Below are positions 6,802 through 16,565 of a stretch of DNA of 64,000 nt, one piece after another; the first letter of the stretch is position 1, and each line of letters starts with the position of its first letter. The stretch lies in the IMG/VR virus record IMGVR_UViG_3300025294_000239; one strand, given 5' to 3'. The DNA comes from a virus. The notes under the pieces are model-generated. The model did no database searches. It saw nothing but the letters and a program-made list of their open reading frames with translations, and was not told the DNA's origin. The translations under genes and the position numbers were made by a program.

Positions 6802-7203
6802 ATGCGCAACCCATTCGAGGAACACGACGAGGTGCTGGAGCTGCTGGCCCGCGTCTGGTATCCGACCACCGTGGGCATGCCGCCGCTGGGGCTGCCGCAG
6901 TACTCCCCTATGTTCCGCGATGCCAAAGCCAGCAGCGGCAACGTGCACGACGACGCCAGCGAGGCGGATGAGCGGATCTTGCGGCTACGTGCGCGCGCCA
7001 TCGGGTATTGCTGGGAGGCGCTGCCCACCTGGCAACTGCGTGTTGCGGTGGAGACACGGGCGGCGAACCATGCCGGCGCCGCGGTGTGGCGTAATGCCCG
7101 GCTGACGCCCGAGGAACTGGCGGAGCTGTGGCAGGAGGGCAGGGCGATGCTGCTGGAGGCGTTTATCGCCAAGGGGTTGATGGAGCAGAGGGAGGCGGCA
7201 TGA
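6802..7203 (+). CDS. Putative late-gene regulator (Q-position antiterminator/activator)
   Basis: AGGGAG SD; end of early-right operon just upstream of a strong promoter with tandem terminators; no canonical lambda Q zinc finger seen. Confidence 0.45.
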   Translation: MRNPFEEHDEVLELLARVWYPTTVGMPPLGLPQYSPMFRDAKASSGNVHDDASEADERILRLRARAIGYCWEALPTWQLRVAVETRAANHAGAAVWRNARLTPEELAELWQEGRAMLLEAFIAKGLMEQREAA

Positions 7204-7445
7204 AGATATGCAAGGACTGTGTGCATTACCAATACCCAGGCGAATGTTTGCGCAAGGTGCGGACACATGTTGAACCTGTCGACGGCCGCGAGCGGGTGCG
7301 TGGCGTACTGGATGCCTACGAAGAGCGCACCGCCCGGTGGCTTTTTATTCCTTTTGTCCCGGTGCCGATTCCTCCATTCTGGGCCTGCGGTAAGCGTGGG
7401 CGGTACTGGGAGCAAAAACCTGAGAACTTGCAAACGCCCGAATGA
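7200..7445 (+). CDS. Hypothetical 81-aa Cys-containing protein
   Basis: ATGA overlap; CKDC..C..CGKRGRYW. Confidence 0.6.
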   Translation: MKICKDCVHYQYPGECLRKVRTHVEPVDGRERVRGVLDAYEERTARWLFIPFVPVPIPPFWACGKRGRYWEQKPENLQTPE

Positions 7446-7456
7446 GGCGTTACATT
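7428..7456 (+). promoter_or_regulatory. Late promoter (pR'-like)
   Basis: TTGCAA (7428-7433), 17 nt, TACATT (7451-7456) upstream of terS. Confidence 0.75.
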
Positions 7457-7488
7457 CCACCCCGTGGGCGAAGTACGCCCAGAATTCG

Positions 7489-7520
7489 AAGCCCTGGCCA
7501 AAAGCCGGGGCTTTTGCTTT
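7489..7520 (+). terminator. tR'-like terminator 1
   Basis: AAGCCCTGGC-CAAAA-GCCGGGGCTT followed by TTGCTTT. Confidence 0.7.
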
Positions 7521-7521
7521 G

Positions 7522-7561
7522 GCCCTCGTGCTCTGGTTGGTCCCAGAGGCGGGGGCTTTTT
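7522..7561 (+). terminator. tR'-like terminator 2
   Basis: GCCCTCG/CGGGGGC outer stem, CTCTGG/CCAGAG inner stem, T5. Confidence 0.65.
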
Positions 7562-7575
7562 CATTGGAGCGTCAA

Positions 7576-7998
7576 ATGCCCGCCGGCAGGCCTACGAAGT
7601 ACGGACCGAAGATCCTGGCTCGATGCCGGGATTACATCGAGCGATTCTCAGAACTCGGTGACGTGGTGCCGTCGCAAGCAGGCCTTGCGCTGCATATCGG
7701 CGTGGTGAAGTCCACCGTCCAGGAATGGGCGAAAGACCCCAAGAAGGCTCAATTTTCGGCCCTTCTCATGCAAATTGACCTGATGCAGGAGCGTGGACTG
7801 GTCAATGGCGGCCTCAAAGGTGACATGAACCCGGTCATCACCAAGATGCTTTTGACCAAGCACGGATACACGGACAAAGTGGAACAGACCGTGCAAGGGC
7901 CAGAGGGCGGCGCGGTTCAAGTCGAGGCTATCGTGACAGTCGAGGCCGGAGAGGCATATCTCCGGATGCTCAATGGCAATGGCAAGTCTGGCGCCTGA
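7576..7998 (+). CDS. terS: Terminase small subunit (P22/Sf6 gp3-like)
   Basis: MPAGRPTKY..VPSQAGLALHIGV..STVQEW..GL.GDMNPVITKMLLTKHGY; GGAG SD. Confidence 0.85.
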   Translation: MPAGRPTKYGPKILARCRDYIERFSELGDVVPSQAGLALHIGVVKSTVQEWAKDPKKAQFSALLMQIDLMQERGLVNGGLKGDMNPVITKMLLTKHGYTDKVEQTVQGPEGGAVQVEAIVTVEAGEAYLRMLNGNGKSGA

Positions 7999-9484
7999 CT
8001 GGTTCGATTTCCGGAACCCGGACTATGACCGGGTCTACCGAGAGCGGGCTGAGCGGCTGGAGCGCCTGCGCGCTGATCCCTCCATGCTGGCCGGCGTCAA
8101 GGACTTCTACCGGACGCATCCGGCCGAATTCATCAATGACTGGGGTATGACGTTCGACCCGCGCAACGCGGAAATCGGTCTGCCCACCATCATTCCCTTC
8201 ATCCTGTTCGACAAGCAGACGGACTTCATCAACTACTGCCGCCGGAAATGGATGGGGCGCGAGGACGGCCTGGCCGAGAAGTCGCGCGATATGGGTGTGT
8301 CTTGGCTGTGCGTCGGCTTTGCCGTCTGGATGTGGGTGTTCCTGAAGGGCACGGTCGTAGGCTTCGGCAGCCGCAAGGAAGAGTACGTCGACAAGCTGGG
8401 CGATCCGAAATCCCTATTCTGGAAGGTGCGCCAGTTCGTGGCCCTGCTGCCATTTGAATTCCGCCCGGTTGGCTACCAGGAGCAGCGCGACGCCCTGCAC
8501 ATGCGCATTACCAACCCGGAGAATGGCGCGGTGATCGTGGGCGAGGCCGGCGACAACATCGGGCGCGGCAACCGCACCTCCATCTACTTCAAGGACGAGT
8601 CCGCGTTCTACGAGCGCGCCGAGGCCATCGACGCCGCACTGTCGCAGACCTCCAACTGCAAAATCGACGTGTCCACGCCCAACGGCAACGGCGGCCCGTT
8701 CTACCGCAAGCGCTTCGGCGGCAAGATCGAGGTGTTCACGTTCCATTGGCGCGACGACCCGCGCAAAGATGCTGCCTGGTACGAAGACCAGAAGCGCAAG
8801 AATGATCCGGTCATCGTGGCCCAGGAAATCGACATCGATTACGACGCGTCGGTGACGAACAGCTGGATTCCCGGCGCCGAGGTGACGGTGGCCATGGGCA
8901 AGGGGCCGGCCGACGTCGAAGCCGTGGGCGGGCTGCGCTTCGGCCTGGACGTGGCGCGCTTCGGCGATGACAAGACGGTCCTATCCGTGCGCCGCGGGCG
9001 CGTCCTGATCAAGCAGGAAGTGCGCACCGGCCTGGACACCGAGCAGGTGGCCGCCTTCGCCACCACAGAAATCGACGCTTATGGCAAGGCTCCGGAGCAG
9101 ATCGCGGTGGACACCATCGGCATCGGCGCCGGCGTCGCCGACAAACTGCGTCTGAAGTATGGCGACCTGGTCGTGGACGTGAACAGCTCCCTGCGCATGT
9201 CCGACGGCCAGAACTACAACCTGCGGGCCTACATGTGGCGTGAGATGAAGGAATGGATCAAGGCCGGCGCAGCGCTCCCCAACGATGGCGACCTGAAGGC
9301 AGAACTCACGGCCCTGCGCTACTCCTACCGTGGCGGCGAACTGCTGATCGAATCCAAGGACGACGCCAAGAAGCGCGGCATCAAGTCGCCTGACCGCGCC
9401 GACTCCCTTGCGCTCACTTTCGCCCGCCCAGGCACCCAGGCCACTAGCCGGCCGCTCAACTATCCCTCCCTCGGTGCCTTCTGA
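7973..9484 (+). CDS. terL: Terminase large subunit
   Basis: EKSRDMGVSW Walker A variant, YFKDES Walker B, LDVARFGDDKT and SPDRADS nuclease motifs. Confidence 0.92.
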   Translation: MAMASLAPDWFDFRNPDYDRVYRERAERLERLRADPSMLAGVKDFYRTHPAEFINDWGMTFDPRNAEIGLPTIIPFILFDKQTDFINYCRRKWMGREDGLAEKSRDMGVSWLCVGFAVWMWVFLKGTVVGFGSRKEEYVDKLGDPKSLFWKVRQFVALLPFEFRPVGYQEQRDALHMRITNPENGAVIVGEAGDNIGRGNRTSIYFKDESAFYERAEAIDAALSQTSNCKIDVSTPNGNGGPFYRKRFGGKIEVFTFHWRDDPRKDAAWYEDQKRKNDPVIVAQEIDIDYDASVTNSWIPGAEVTVAMGKGPADVEAVGGLRFGLDVARFGDDKTVLSVRRGRVLIKQEVRTGLDTEQVAAFATTEIDAYGKAPEQIAVDTIGIGAGVADKLRLKYGDLVVDVNSSLRMSDGQNYNLRAYMWREMKEWIKAGAALPNDGDLKAELTALRYSYRGGELLIESKDDAKKRGIKSPDRADSLALTFARPGTQATSRPLNYPSLGAF

Positions 9485-11658
9485 TGGCTCAGCTTAGCGA
9501 CGACGAATTCCACAAGATCCTGGATAGCCAGATCAACGACGCCGCAAGCTGGCAGGAGGAGCATTTCAGCGGTGATCGCGAGCGCACCTATCGCGCATAC
9601 CTTGGCGAAGCGCCGCCGGCGCCTGAGGGGCGCTCGCAGGCCGTTTCCTGGGACGTGTTCGAGACCATTGAGTCCGCATTGCCTGACCTGATCGAGATCC
9701 TGGTTGGCGGCGACACCGTGGCGGCCTTCGAACCTGTGGGCGAAGAGGACGAGGCCTTCGCCGAGCAGGCCACCGATTACATCAACTACATCGTCCTGAA
9801 GCAGAATCCCGGCTTCCTGATCTTCAACACCTGGATCAAGGACGCGCTGCTGTCGAAGATCGGCATCGTGCGCGCGTATTGGGCGAAGTCGGAGAAGGTC
9901 GTCAAGCGCGATTACACCGGCATCGATGAAATGCAGCTGACCCAGTTGCTACAGGATCCCGACGCCGAGGTGGTCGCACAGTCCAGCGAGGACGACCCGC
10001 AGGACGTTGAGCAACGCCAGCAGATTGAGCAGGCCCTGAACGCCATGGCGCCCGATCAGCGCTTGGCGGCCGCCGTCTACCTACAGTCGCCGGTCAAGCA
10101 GCTCTACGACGTCACAATCAAGACCACGCGCAAGAAGGGACGCGTCTACATCGACAACGTGCAGCCTGAGAATTTCATCGTCAGCGCACGCGCCAAGACC
10201 TTGGCCGCCGCGGATATCGTGGGCGAGATGAAGGCCCTGACGCGCTCGGATATGCGCGAGCTGGGCTACGACAAGTCCAAGGTCAAGAACGTCCAATCGT
10301 TCGATGTGATTGTGGACCAGACCCAGGGCATCGCCCAGACGGCCAGCGACGAGACGGCGGACCAGACCATCGGCGAGGATTCCCCGGACGACGCCACTGA
10401 GCAGGTGATGGTGTTCGACGGCTTTATCCGCCTGGACTACGACGGCGACGGCATAGCTGAATGGCGCCGGGTCGTGCGCGGCGGCAATGAGACGCTGGTG
10501 AACGACGAGGCCGAGGGCCACGACTTCGCGGTCATGTCGCCCATCCTGATCCCGCATCGGCTGATCGGCATGGCCTTGGCAGATCCGGTGCTGTCGCTCC
10601 AGCAGTCCAGCACCACGATGCTGCGCCAGTACACCGACAGCCTGGTGCTGGCCAACAACCCGCGCACCTACGTCAACACGGGCGCCGGCGTGAACCTGGA
10701 CGACCTGCTGAACAACCGCATCGGCGGCATTGTGCGGGGCAACCAGCCCATGGCCAACGCTATCGCGCCGCTGCAAACCACAAACGTCGCCGACTCCGCG
10801 CTCCAGGGCATCGAATTCAACGACAGCAAGCGGGAGTCGCGCACCGGCATCACCCGCTACAACCAGGGCCTGGACGCCGACAGCCTGAACAAGACGGCCA
10901 CGGGCGTCACCAAGATCATGACCGCCGGCGACGCGCGCAAGAAGATGATGGCGCGCATCCTGGCCGAGACGGGCATCAAGGATCTTTTCCGCCTGCTGCT
11001 GCGCATCGTCACGGAGAACCAGGACAAGGCTGCGACTTACCGCCTCAGAAATGAGTGGGTCCAGGTGGATCCGTCGCCCTGGAATCCCGAGATGGATGTG
11101 ACCATCGAGCCGGGCCAGGGCACGGGGGACAAGTCCGCGACCGTCCAGACGCTCCAGGGCGTGCTGGAAGCCCAGAAGGAGGCCATGGCGGCCAAGTCTC
11201 CGTTGGTGACCTGGAAGAACCTGTACAACACCATGGAAGCGATCCTGAAGGCCTCCGGCATCAAGGGCATCGACAAGTACTTCAACGACCCCGACCGCAT
11301 GCCGCAAAGCGCGCAGCAGCCGCCACAGGGTGACCAGCAGGGCGACCCGAGCGCGGCGCTGGCGCAGGCTCAGGTGCAGGCCGCTCAGATCGAAGCCGAG
11401 ACGAAGCGACAGCAGATGGTCGCCGACCAGCAGCAGGCCGCGGCCAACCTCGAAATCGAGAAGGTCAAGCTTCAGCAGAAAAATGCAGATCTGGACCTGA
11501 AGCGTGTGGAATTGCAGATCAAGCAGGCCGAGCTTTCCCTCAAGCAGGCCGAAGCCGGCGCCAATGTGGCGCTCAAGTCCCGTGAGCAAGATCGCAAGGA
11601 CCTGGAAACCGCCGCCAACATCACCCGCCCGCAGGTAGCCCCGAATGCAGCCCTCTGA
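9484..11658 (+). CDS. Portal protein (P22-like, with C-terminal coiled-coil barrel)
   Basis: 724 aa directly after terL; Gln/Ala/Glu coiled-coil C-terminus. Confidence 0.9.
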   Translation: MAQLSDDEFHKILDSQINDAASWQEEHFSGDRERTYRAYLGEAPPAPEGRSQAVSWDVFETIESALPDLIEILVGGDTVAAFEPVGEEDEAFAEQATDYINYIVLKQNPGFLIFNTWIKDALLSKIGIVRAYWAKSEKVVKRDYTGIDEMQLTQLLQDPDAEVVAQSSEDDPQDVEQRQQIEQALNAMAPDQRLAAAVYLQSPVKQLYDVTIKTTRKKGRVYIDNVQPENFIVSARAKTLAAADIVGEMKALTRSDMRELGYDKSKVKNVQSFDVIVDQTQGIAQTASDETADQTIGEDSPDDATEQVMVFDGFIRLDYDGDGIAEWRRVVRGGNETLVNDEAEGHDFAVMSPILIPHRLIGMALADPVLSLQQSSTTMLRQYTDSLVLANNPRTYVNTGAGVNLDDLLNNRIGGIVRGNQPMANAIAPLQTTNVADSALQGIEFNDSKRESRTGITRYNQGLDADSLNKTATGVTKIMTAGDARKKMMARILAETGIKDLFRLLLRIVTENQDKAATYRLRNEWVQVDPSPWNPEMDVTIEPGQGTGDKSATVQTLQGVLEAQKEAMAAKSPLVTWKNLYNTMEAILKASGIKGIDKYFNDPDRMPQSAQQPPQGDQQGDPSAALAQAQVQAAQIEAETKRQQMVADQQQAAANLEIEKVKLQQKNADLDLKRVELQIKQAELSLKQAEAGANVALKSREQDRKDLETAANITRPQVAPNAAL

Positions 11659-11980
11659 TCAAGACATGGCCGACCTGGCCCGCTCACAGAACGCTGAGCG
11701 GATCATGAGCGATCCCCTGGTTCTGGAGGCCCTAGGCCTTATCGACCAGGAGATTCACGCTCTGTGGGCCGGCGACCGCCGCCAAGACGGCGTAGTCATC
11801 GGCCCGGCCGAGCGCGAAGAGCTGTATCGCATGCTCCAAGCGAAAAATCGATTCATCTCCATCTTCGAGGGATACCTCCAGAACGGGGCGGCAGCGCGCA
11901 GCATGCTGGAGATGGAGCCGCCCACCAAGACCTTCATCCAACGCATCAAGGAGTATTTCCATGACCACCAAAAAGACTGA
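11645..11980 (+). CDS. Hypothetical 111-aa head-region protein
   Basis: Overlaps portal end; helical; common position in P22-like heads. Confidence 0.7.
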   Translation: MQPSDQDMADLARSQNAERIMSDPLVLEALGLIDQEIHALWAGDRRQDGVVIGPAEREELYRMLQAKNRFISIFEGYLQNGAAARSMLEMEPPTKTFIQRIKEYFHDHQKD

Positions 11981-12422
11981 TACCAAGGCGAAGGACATCG
12001 ACGCCGAACGCGAGGCCGCCAAGCAGCCGGTCAATGACAAGATGGTCCCCGACCAACAAACCGGCGGCACCAATGACGCGGTGACCGAAACCACGGTCCA
12101 GGTGGAACCGGTGCAGCCGGCCGGCGCCCTGGAAGAACAACCGCCCGTCGTGGGCAAGGCGCAGCACGGTAATCAACCCGTGGATTACGCGCCCAAGGCC
12201 GAGTTGGAAGTTCCCAAGCCCTTTGATCCGAGCAGCGTTTCGACGTTCGAAGCCTTCGTGCGCGAGCATGAAGACAAGGCTCAGGCTCTGGGCCTGGTGG
12301 TGACCGGCATCAGCCACCCGCAGGCGCCGGAAACCAACGGCATCTATGAGGGCCGCGACGCCGGCATCCGCGTTGGCCGCGGCGCTGCGTCCGCGCAGTA
12401 CAGCGACGGTTCCAAGCACTGA
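11961..12422 (+). CDS. Hypothetical 153-aa acidic/Pro-rich protein
   Basis: AAGGAG SD; phage-like codon usage. Confidence 0.7.
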   Translation: MTTKKTDTKAKDIDAEREAAKQPVNDKMVPDQQTGGTNDAVTETTVQVEPVQPAGALEEQPPVVGKAQHGNQPVDYAPKAELEVPKPFDPSSVSTFEAFVREHEDKAQALGLVVTGISHPQAPETNGIYEGRDAGIRVGRGAASAQYSDGSKH

Positions 12423-12480
12423 TTTCTGTATGGGCCTGCTGCCAGCCCTTGATGGCAGCCGTAAGAAAGACCAACCGACC

Positions 12481-12504
12481 GGCCGCCAGATGAGCGGCCT
12501 TTTT
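12481..12504 (+). terminator. Intrinsic terminator before scaffold gene
   Basis: GGCCGC-CAGATGA-GCGGCC-TTTTT. Confidence 0.75.
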
Positions 12505-12535
12505 GTTGGAGTCAAACCTTATAGGGATATGAGCG

Positions 12536-13504
12536 ATGCCTGAAGATTTCACCCTGGACAGCCTGGCCCAAGCCTTGGAAACCGCCGATTCACCCGATGA
12601 GGCGCGCGAACCCGAAGACGATCAACCCGAAGGGGAATCCGGCGCGGACGAGCACGAGGACGGCGGCCAGGAGCAAGAATCCGCCGAAGACGAGGGCGCC
12701 GACGCCGAGGATGGCGATGGCGAAGACGATCAACCTGAGAAGGAATCGTCGCAGGACCGCGTGCATAAGTGGAAGACTGCCGATGGAACCGAGTACGAGG
12801 TGCCGGAGAGCGACCTCCGCGCGGGCTACATGCGTGCGCAGGATTACACGCAGAAGACCCAGGCCTTGAGCAAGGAGCGTGAGCAGGCGGAAAGCGAAAT
12901 CCAGAACCGAGCAACCCAGCAGCTCCAAGCCCTGAACATGTATGGCGAACGGGTTGGTGAATTGCATATGACGCGTGCTGTCGTGGCCAGTCTGGAGTCT
13001 GCGTTGAGGCAGACCAACCGAGAAGACGACCCGGCACGCTATGCGTCCCTGCAAGCCGACATCCTGAACGCCCGCAGCCAGGAGAAAGAGCTGGCCGGAA
13101 TGCTCGGCAATGCGACCCAGCTGATTCAACAGCAGCAAACGGAGCGGATCGTGAAGGGCCAGCGCGAGGCGGCCAAGACGTTGGCTGCTGAGATGCCGGA
13201 CTTCAAGGACCGATTGCCGGTCTGGAATCGCCACGCGACCGAGACCTACGGTTTTTCGCCGCAGGAGCTATCGCAGGTGACCGACCCCCGCGTCTTCCGC
13301 ATGCTGGATGACGCGACGAAGTTCCGAGAGCTGCAAAACCGCAAGCCCGAGGCGGTGAAAAAGGCTGCGGCGGCTCCCCAGAAGCCCGCCAAGCAGACCC
13401 GATCGACACCGCCTTCCACTGTCGAAACCGTCCGTAAGAACTTCAACGCCAGGCCCACTGTAGACGGCCTGGCCGCGATGCTTATGGCAACCGGAAAGGT
13501 ATAA
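12536..13504 (+). CDS. Capsid scaffolding protein
   Basis: Very acidic N-terminus, GYMRAQDYTQKTQAL motif, coiled coil; directly before capsid gene. Confidence 0.85.
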   Translation: MPEDFTLDSLAQALETADSPDEAREPEDDQPEGESGADEHEDGGQEQESAEDEGADAEDGDGEDDQPEKESSQDRVHKWKTADGTEYEVPESDLRAGYMRAQDYTQKTQALSKEREQAESEIQNRATQQLQALNMYGERVGELHMTRAVVASLESALRQTNREDDPARYASLQADILNARSQEKELAGMLGNATQLIQQQQTERIVKGQREAAKTLAAEMPDFKDRLPVWNRHATETYGFSPQELSQVTDPRVFRMLDDATKFRELQNRKPEAVKKAAAAPQKPAKQTRSTPPSTVETVRKNFNARPTVDGLAAMLMATGKV

Positions 13505-13507
13505 ATC

Positions 13508-14446
13508 ATGGCAAAGCTCGCCAATTCGTTCGACACGTACGCCGCCGTCGGTGACCGTGAATCCCTCTCGGATCAGATCTATCGGATCAGCCCCGAGGAA
13601 ACCCCCTTTGTGTCCGCCATCGGCAAGGGCAAGGCCCAAGCCACCTATGAGGAATGGCAGACCGACGCCCTGGCCACGCCGGCCAACAACAAGGTTGTGC
13701 AGGGTAACGAGTCCACCCCGGCCGCTCTGACCCCCACCACCCGCTTGGGCAACCGCACGCAGATTTCGGAAAAGACCTACGCCATCACCGAGACGCAGGA
13801 AGCGGTGAACAAGGCCGGCCGCAAGTCCGAAGTGGCGTATCAGGATGCCAAGAAGATGGTGGAGCTGAAGCGCGATATCGAGTTCGCCGCGCTCCAGAAC
13901 TCCACCGCCATAGCCGGCGACGCCACCACGGCGCCGCAAGCGCGTGGCGCGCTGGGCTTCATCTACGGCAACACCAGCATGGGTACCGGCGGCGCGGATC
14001 CCAATCCGAACACCAACACAGCCCAGACCGACGGCACGCAGCGCGCTTTCACCGAAGCCCTGCTGAACGAGGCCGCCACCAAGGCATGGGACGCCGGCGC
14101 CTCGGATAGCCTGTCGCTCTACGTGCCGTCCTCGCAGCGCCCGGTGTTCTCCAGCTTCGACGCCAACAGCACGAAGTTTCAGCGCACCGAAAGCAAGGAG
14201 CTGAACGCCAGCATCGATGTGTACGTTGGCGACTTCGGCACCTACAAGGTGGTGAACAGCCGCTACCAGCGCCAGCGCGAGGTATTCGGCATCGACACTG
14301 CCAAGTGGTCGATCCTGACCCTGCGCCCGATGAAGGGCCAGGATCTGGCGAAGACCGGCGACAACCGCAAGCGCCTGGTGAACACCGAATGGACGCTGAA
14401 GTGCGATGCGCCGCTCGGTAACTTCGCTGTCCGCGACCTGACCTGA
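13508..14446 (+). CDS. Major capsid protein (DUF5309/SU10-like family)
   Basis: RESLSDQIYRISPEETPF, NRTQISEK, ELKRDIEFA, KTGDNRKRLVNTEWTL; strong codon bias; followed by terminator. Confidence 0.9.
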   Translation: MAKLANSFDTYAAVGDRESLSDQIYRISPEETPFVSAIGKGKAQATYEEWQTDALATPANNKVVQGNESTPAALTPTTRLGNRTQISEKTYAITETQEAVNKAGRKSEVAYQDAKKMVELKRDIEFAALQNSTAIAGDATTAPQARGALGFIYGNTSMGTGGADPNPNTNTAQTDGTQRAFTEALLNEAATKAWDAGASDSLSLYVPSSQRPVFSSFDANSTKFQRTESKELNASIDVYVGDFGTYKVVNSRYQRQREVFGIDTAKWSILTLRPMKGQDLAKTGDNRKRLVNTEWTLKCDAPLGNFAVRDLT

Positions 14447-14469
14447 TCGCCAACCACCACGACGGAGAC

Positions 14470-14497
14470 GCCCGGGGATAAAACCCCGGGCTTTTTT
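14470..14497 (+). terminator. Intrinsic terminator after capsid gene
   Basis: GCCCGGGG-ATAAAA-CCCCGGGC-TTTTTT. Confidence 0.9.
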
Positions 14498-14812
14498 ATG
14501 GCCGGACGAATCCTGACTGCTGAACCTGGCAAGGTGACCAAGTTCCACGCCGACGGCGACCGTTTCCACATTCAGACCGTGGCGGACGTTGAACATGACC
14601 TGGAACTGGCGAAAGCGCTGCACAACGAGGGCTACCACCGCACCAATGACGGCGGCCGCCATGTAGCGCGCATCCCCGTGGTGGTGCTGAATGCCTGGGC
14701 GATCAGCCGCGGCGTCACCTTCGATGCCGTGATGCGGGATAACCGGCTGCTGCGCGAATTCCTGAACGACCCCGCTCACAGCGATTGGCGGATCGACAAG
14801 AGGCCCGTATGA
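14498..14812 (+). CDS. Hypothetical 104-aa virion-region protein
   Basis: ARIPVVVLNAW...FLNDPAHSDWR; ATGA overlap with adaptor gene. Confidence 0.75.
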   Translation: MAGRILTAEPGKVTKFHADGDRFHIQTVADVEHDLELAKALHNEGYHRTNDGGRHVARIPVVVLNAWAISRGVTFDAVMRDNRLLREFLNDPAHSDWRIDKRPV

Positions 14813-15387
14813 GCTTCGAGACCTACACCGACCTGACCGCTGCGCTTGCCGGCTGGATGAAGCGCAAGGACCAGCAAGCGCGTATCCCCGACTTCATCCG
14901 CCTGTTTGAGGCGCGTGTGAACCGCGTGCTGCGCACCGGATATCAGCGGCAGACCGCGTCCATCGGAGTTTACGGTGGCGCCGTGCAGTTGCCCGACGAC
15001 TACCTTGAACTGGTTACCAGCGACGACGGCACCAAGGGCCTGCGGTTCCTAACCAGCGGGCAATACGGCGTGAGCCAGGACTGGGACGGCCGCTACGCCA
15101 TCGAGGGCAGGACCCTGCGCATCTCTGGCGACACCGGCACGATCAACGTGCGGTATTACGCCAAGATCCCGCCGTTGGGCACCGACAACCCTACCAACTG
15201 GCTACTGGCCGATCACCCCGACGCCTACCTGTTCGGCGCGCTGACCGAGGCCGAGCCGTACCTGCTCAACGACGCCCGCATGGCGATGTGGAAGGACCGC
15301 GGTGACACCGCTGTGCAGGCCATCCAGCTCGCTGACGATCAAGCCCGTTTCTCGGGTGACACGCTCCAACTCCGCGCCCCGAGGTAA
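14809..15387 (+). CDS. Head-tail adaptor protein
   Basis: IPDFIRLFEARVNRVLR and TNWLLADHPDAYLFGALTEAEPYL motifs. Confidence 0.8.
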   Translation: MSFETYTDLTAALAGWMKRKDQQARIPDFIRLFEARVNRVLRTGYQRQTASIGVYGGAVQLPDDYLELVTSDDGTKGLRFLTSGQYGVSQDWDGRYAIEGRTLRISGDTGTINVRYYAKIPPLGTDNPTNWLLADHPDAYLFGALTEAEPYLLNDARMAMWKDRGDTAVQAIQLADDQARFSGDTLQLRAPR

Positions 15388-15389
15388 CC

Positions 15390-16565
15390 ATGACCGTCGA
15401 AACCACCACGTCCATCGCCGGCCTGGATGCCACGAATCCCAGCGGCGCGGCGAAGAAGGCCGAGGGCGACGATCACCTGCGCCTACTGAAAAACGTATTG
15501 CAGCACTGTTTCGGCGGGTTTGGTGGCGAGGTCATGCTGGCCGCCACCGAAGCGCAGGGAGCGACCGCCAATGACTTCGTGCTGACCGTTTCGCCGGCGC
15601 CGACCGCTTACGCGCGGAGCACCATCGCTATCTTCTCGGCCACACACGCGAATAGTGGCGCGGCGACGATCAAGATAGGGGCGCTGGCCGCCGTATCGCT
15701 GCTAAACCCCGAGGGAACGGCGTTGCGTGCGAACGCCATAACCAGCGGCTGCTGGATCGCCGCAGCGTTCGACGGCACCAACTTCCGCTTGCTGGCCGGC
15801 GGCAACAGCCAGGCGATCTACGACTATGTGGATCAGGCCCAATTCCAGAGCGCTCTGCCATCCCAGGCTTCGAACGCCGGCAAATTCCTAAAGACGGACG
15901 GCACAAACGCAACCTGGCAGGCGGCGCTACAACAGGTCACGGTGGCGCCGGCGTCCAACCAAGGACCGATCTACCTTGCGGGGAGCGGCGCCTTCGAATG
16001 GAACGGCAGCGCCTATGCGCAGGTCTACAGCAAGAGCAGTATCGGCCTGGGGAGCGTCGATAACACCAGCGACGCAAATAAACCCATCAGCACGGCTACG
16101 CAGACGGCGCTGAATACCAAAGCGAACCTCTCCGGTGCGAACTTCTCAGGCGCGATTACGGCGACCATAGTGGCTTCCGCAGGTGTGGTGCAAGCAGGTG
16201 GCGGTGCCGCCGGGCTTGGCGCGAATGGCGACATCGGCGGCCCGGTTTGGGGTGGCAGTTTGGCGAATTATCTGTCCGCCCAGTTGAACACCAAACAGCC
16301 CGCAGGCAGCTACGCCGGCCGTAGCTACAACGGGACGTTGAGCTTTGGTTGGAACGGGTTATCGCTAACGGGAAACGTTGACGGCGTCGGGGTTGGGGTG
16401 CTGTGGACTACGGCGAATTTCGATCCCAACACCAAGCAGGCTGCCGGGAACTACGTCAGTTCCAGGGACGGCAATGTGATTTCACTGGTGTGGCAGCCGG
16501 GCACGTCCAAGTCCCTCGGCGTCTATATCAACGGCACCAAAGTCGGCGAAATGAGCGTCGTGTGA
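15390..16565 (+). CDS. Tail fibre protein 1
   Basis: N-terminal EGDDHLRLLKNVL anchor; GLGSVDNTSDANKPISTATQTALNTKAN fibre repeat; beta-rich C-terminus. Confidence 0.8.
   Translation: MTVETTTSIAGLDATNPSGAAKKAEGDDHLRLLKNVLQHCFGGFGGEVMLAATEAQGATANDFVLTVSPAPTAYARSTIAIFSATHANSGAATIKIGALAAVSLLNPEGTALRANAITSGCWIAAAFDGTNFRLLAGGNSQAIYDYVDQAQFQSALPSQASNAGKFLKTDGTNATWQAALQQVTVAPASNQGPIYLAGSGAFEWNGSAYAQVYSKSSIGLGSVDNTSDANKPISTATQTALNTKANLSGANFSGAITATIVASAGVVQAGGGAAGLGANGDIGGPVWGGSLANYLSAQLNTKQPAGSYAGRSYNGTLSFGWNGLSLTGNVDGVGVGVLWTTANFDPNTKQAAGNYVSSRDGNVISLVWQPGTSKSLGVYINGTKVGEMSVV

Noticed and set aside
14430-14500. Programmed frameshift or read-through extending the capsid protein
   Set aside because: No slippery heptamer before the TGA; a terminator follows directly
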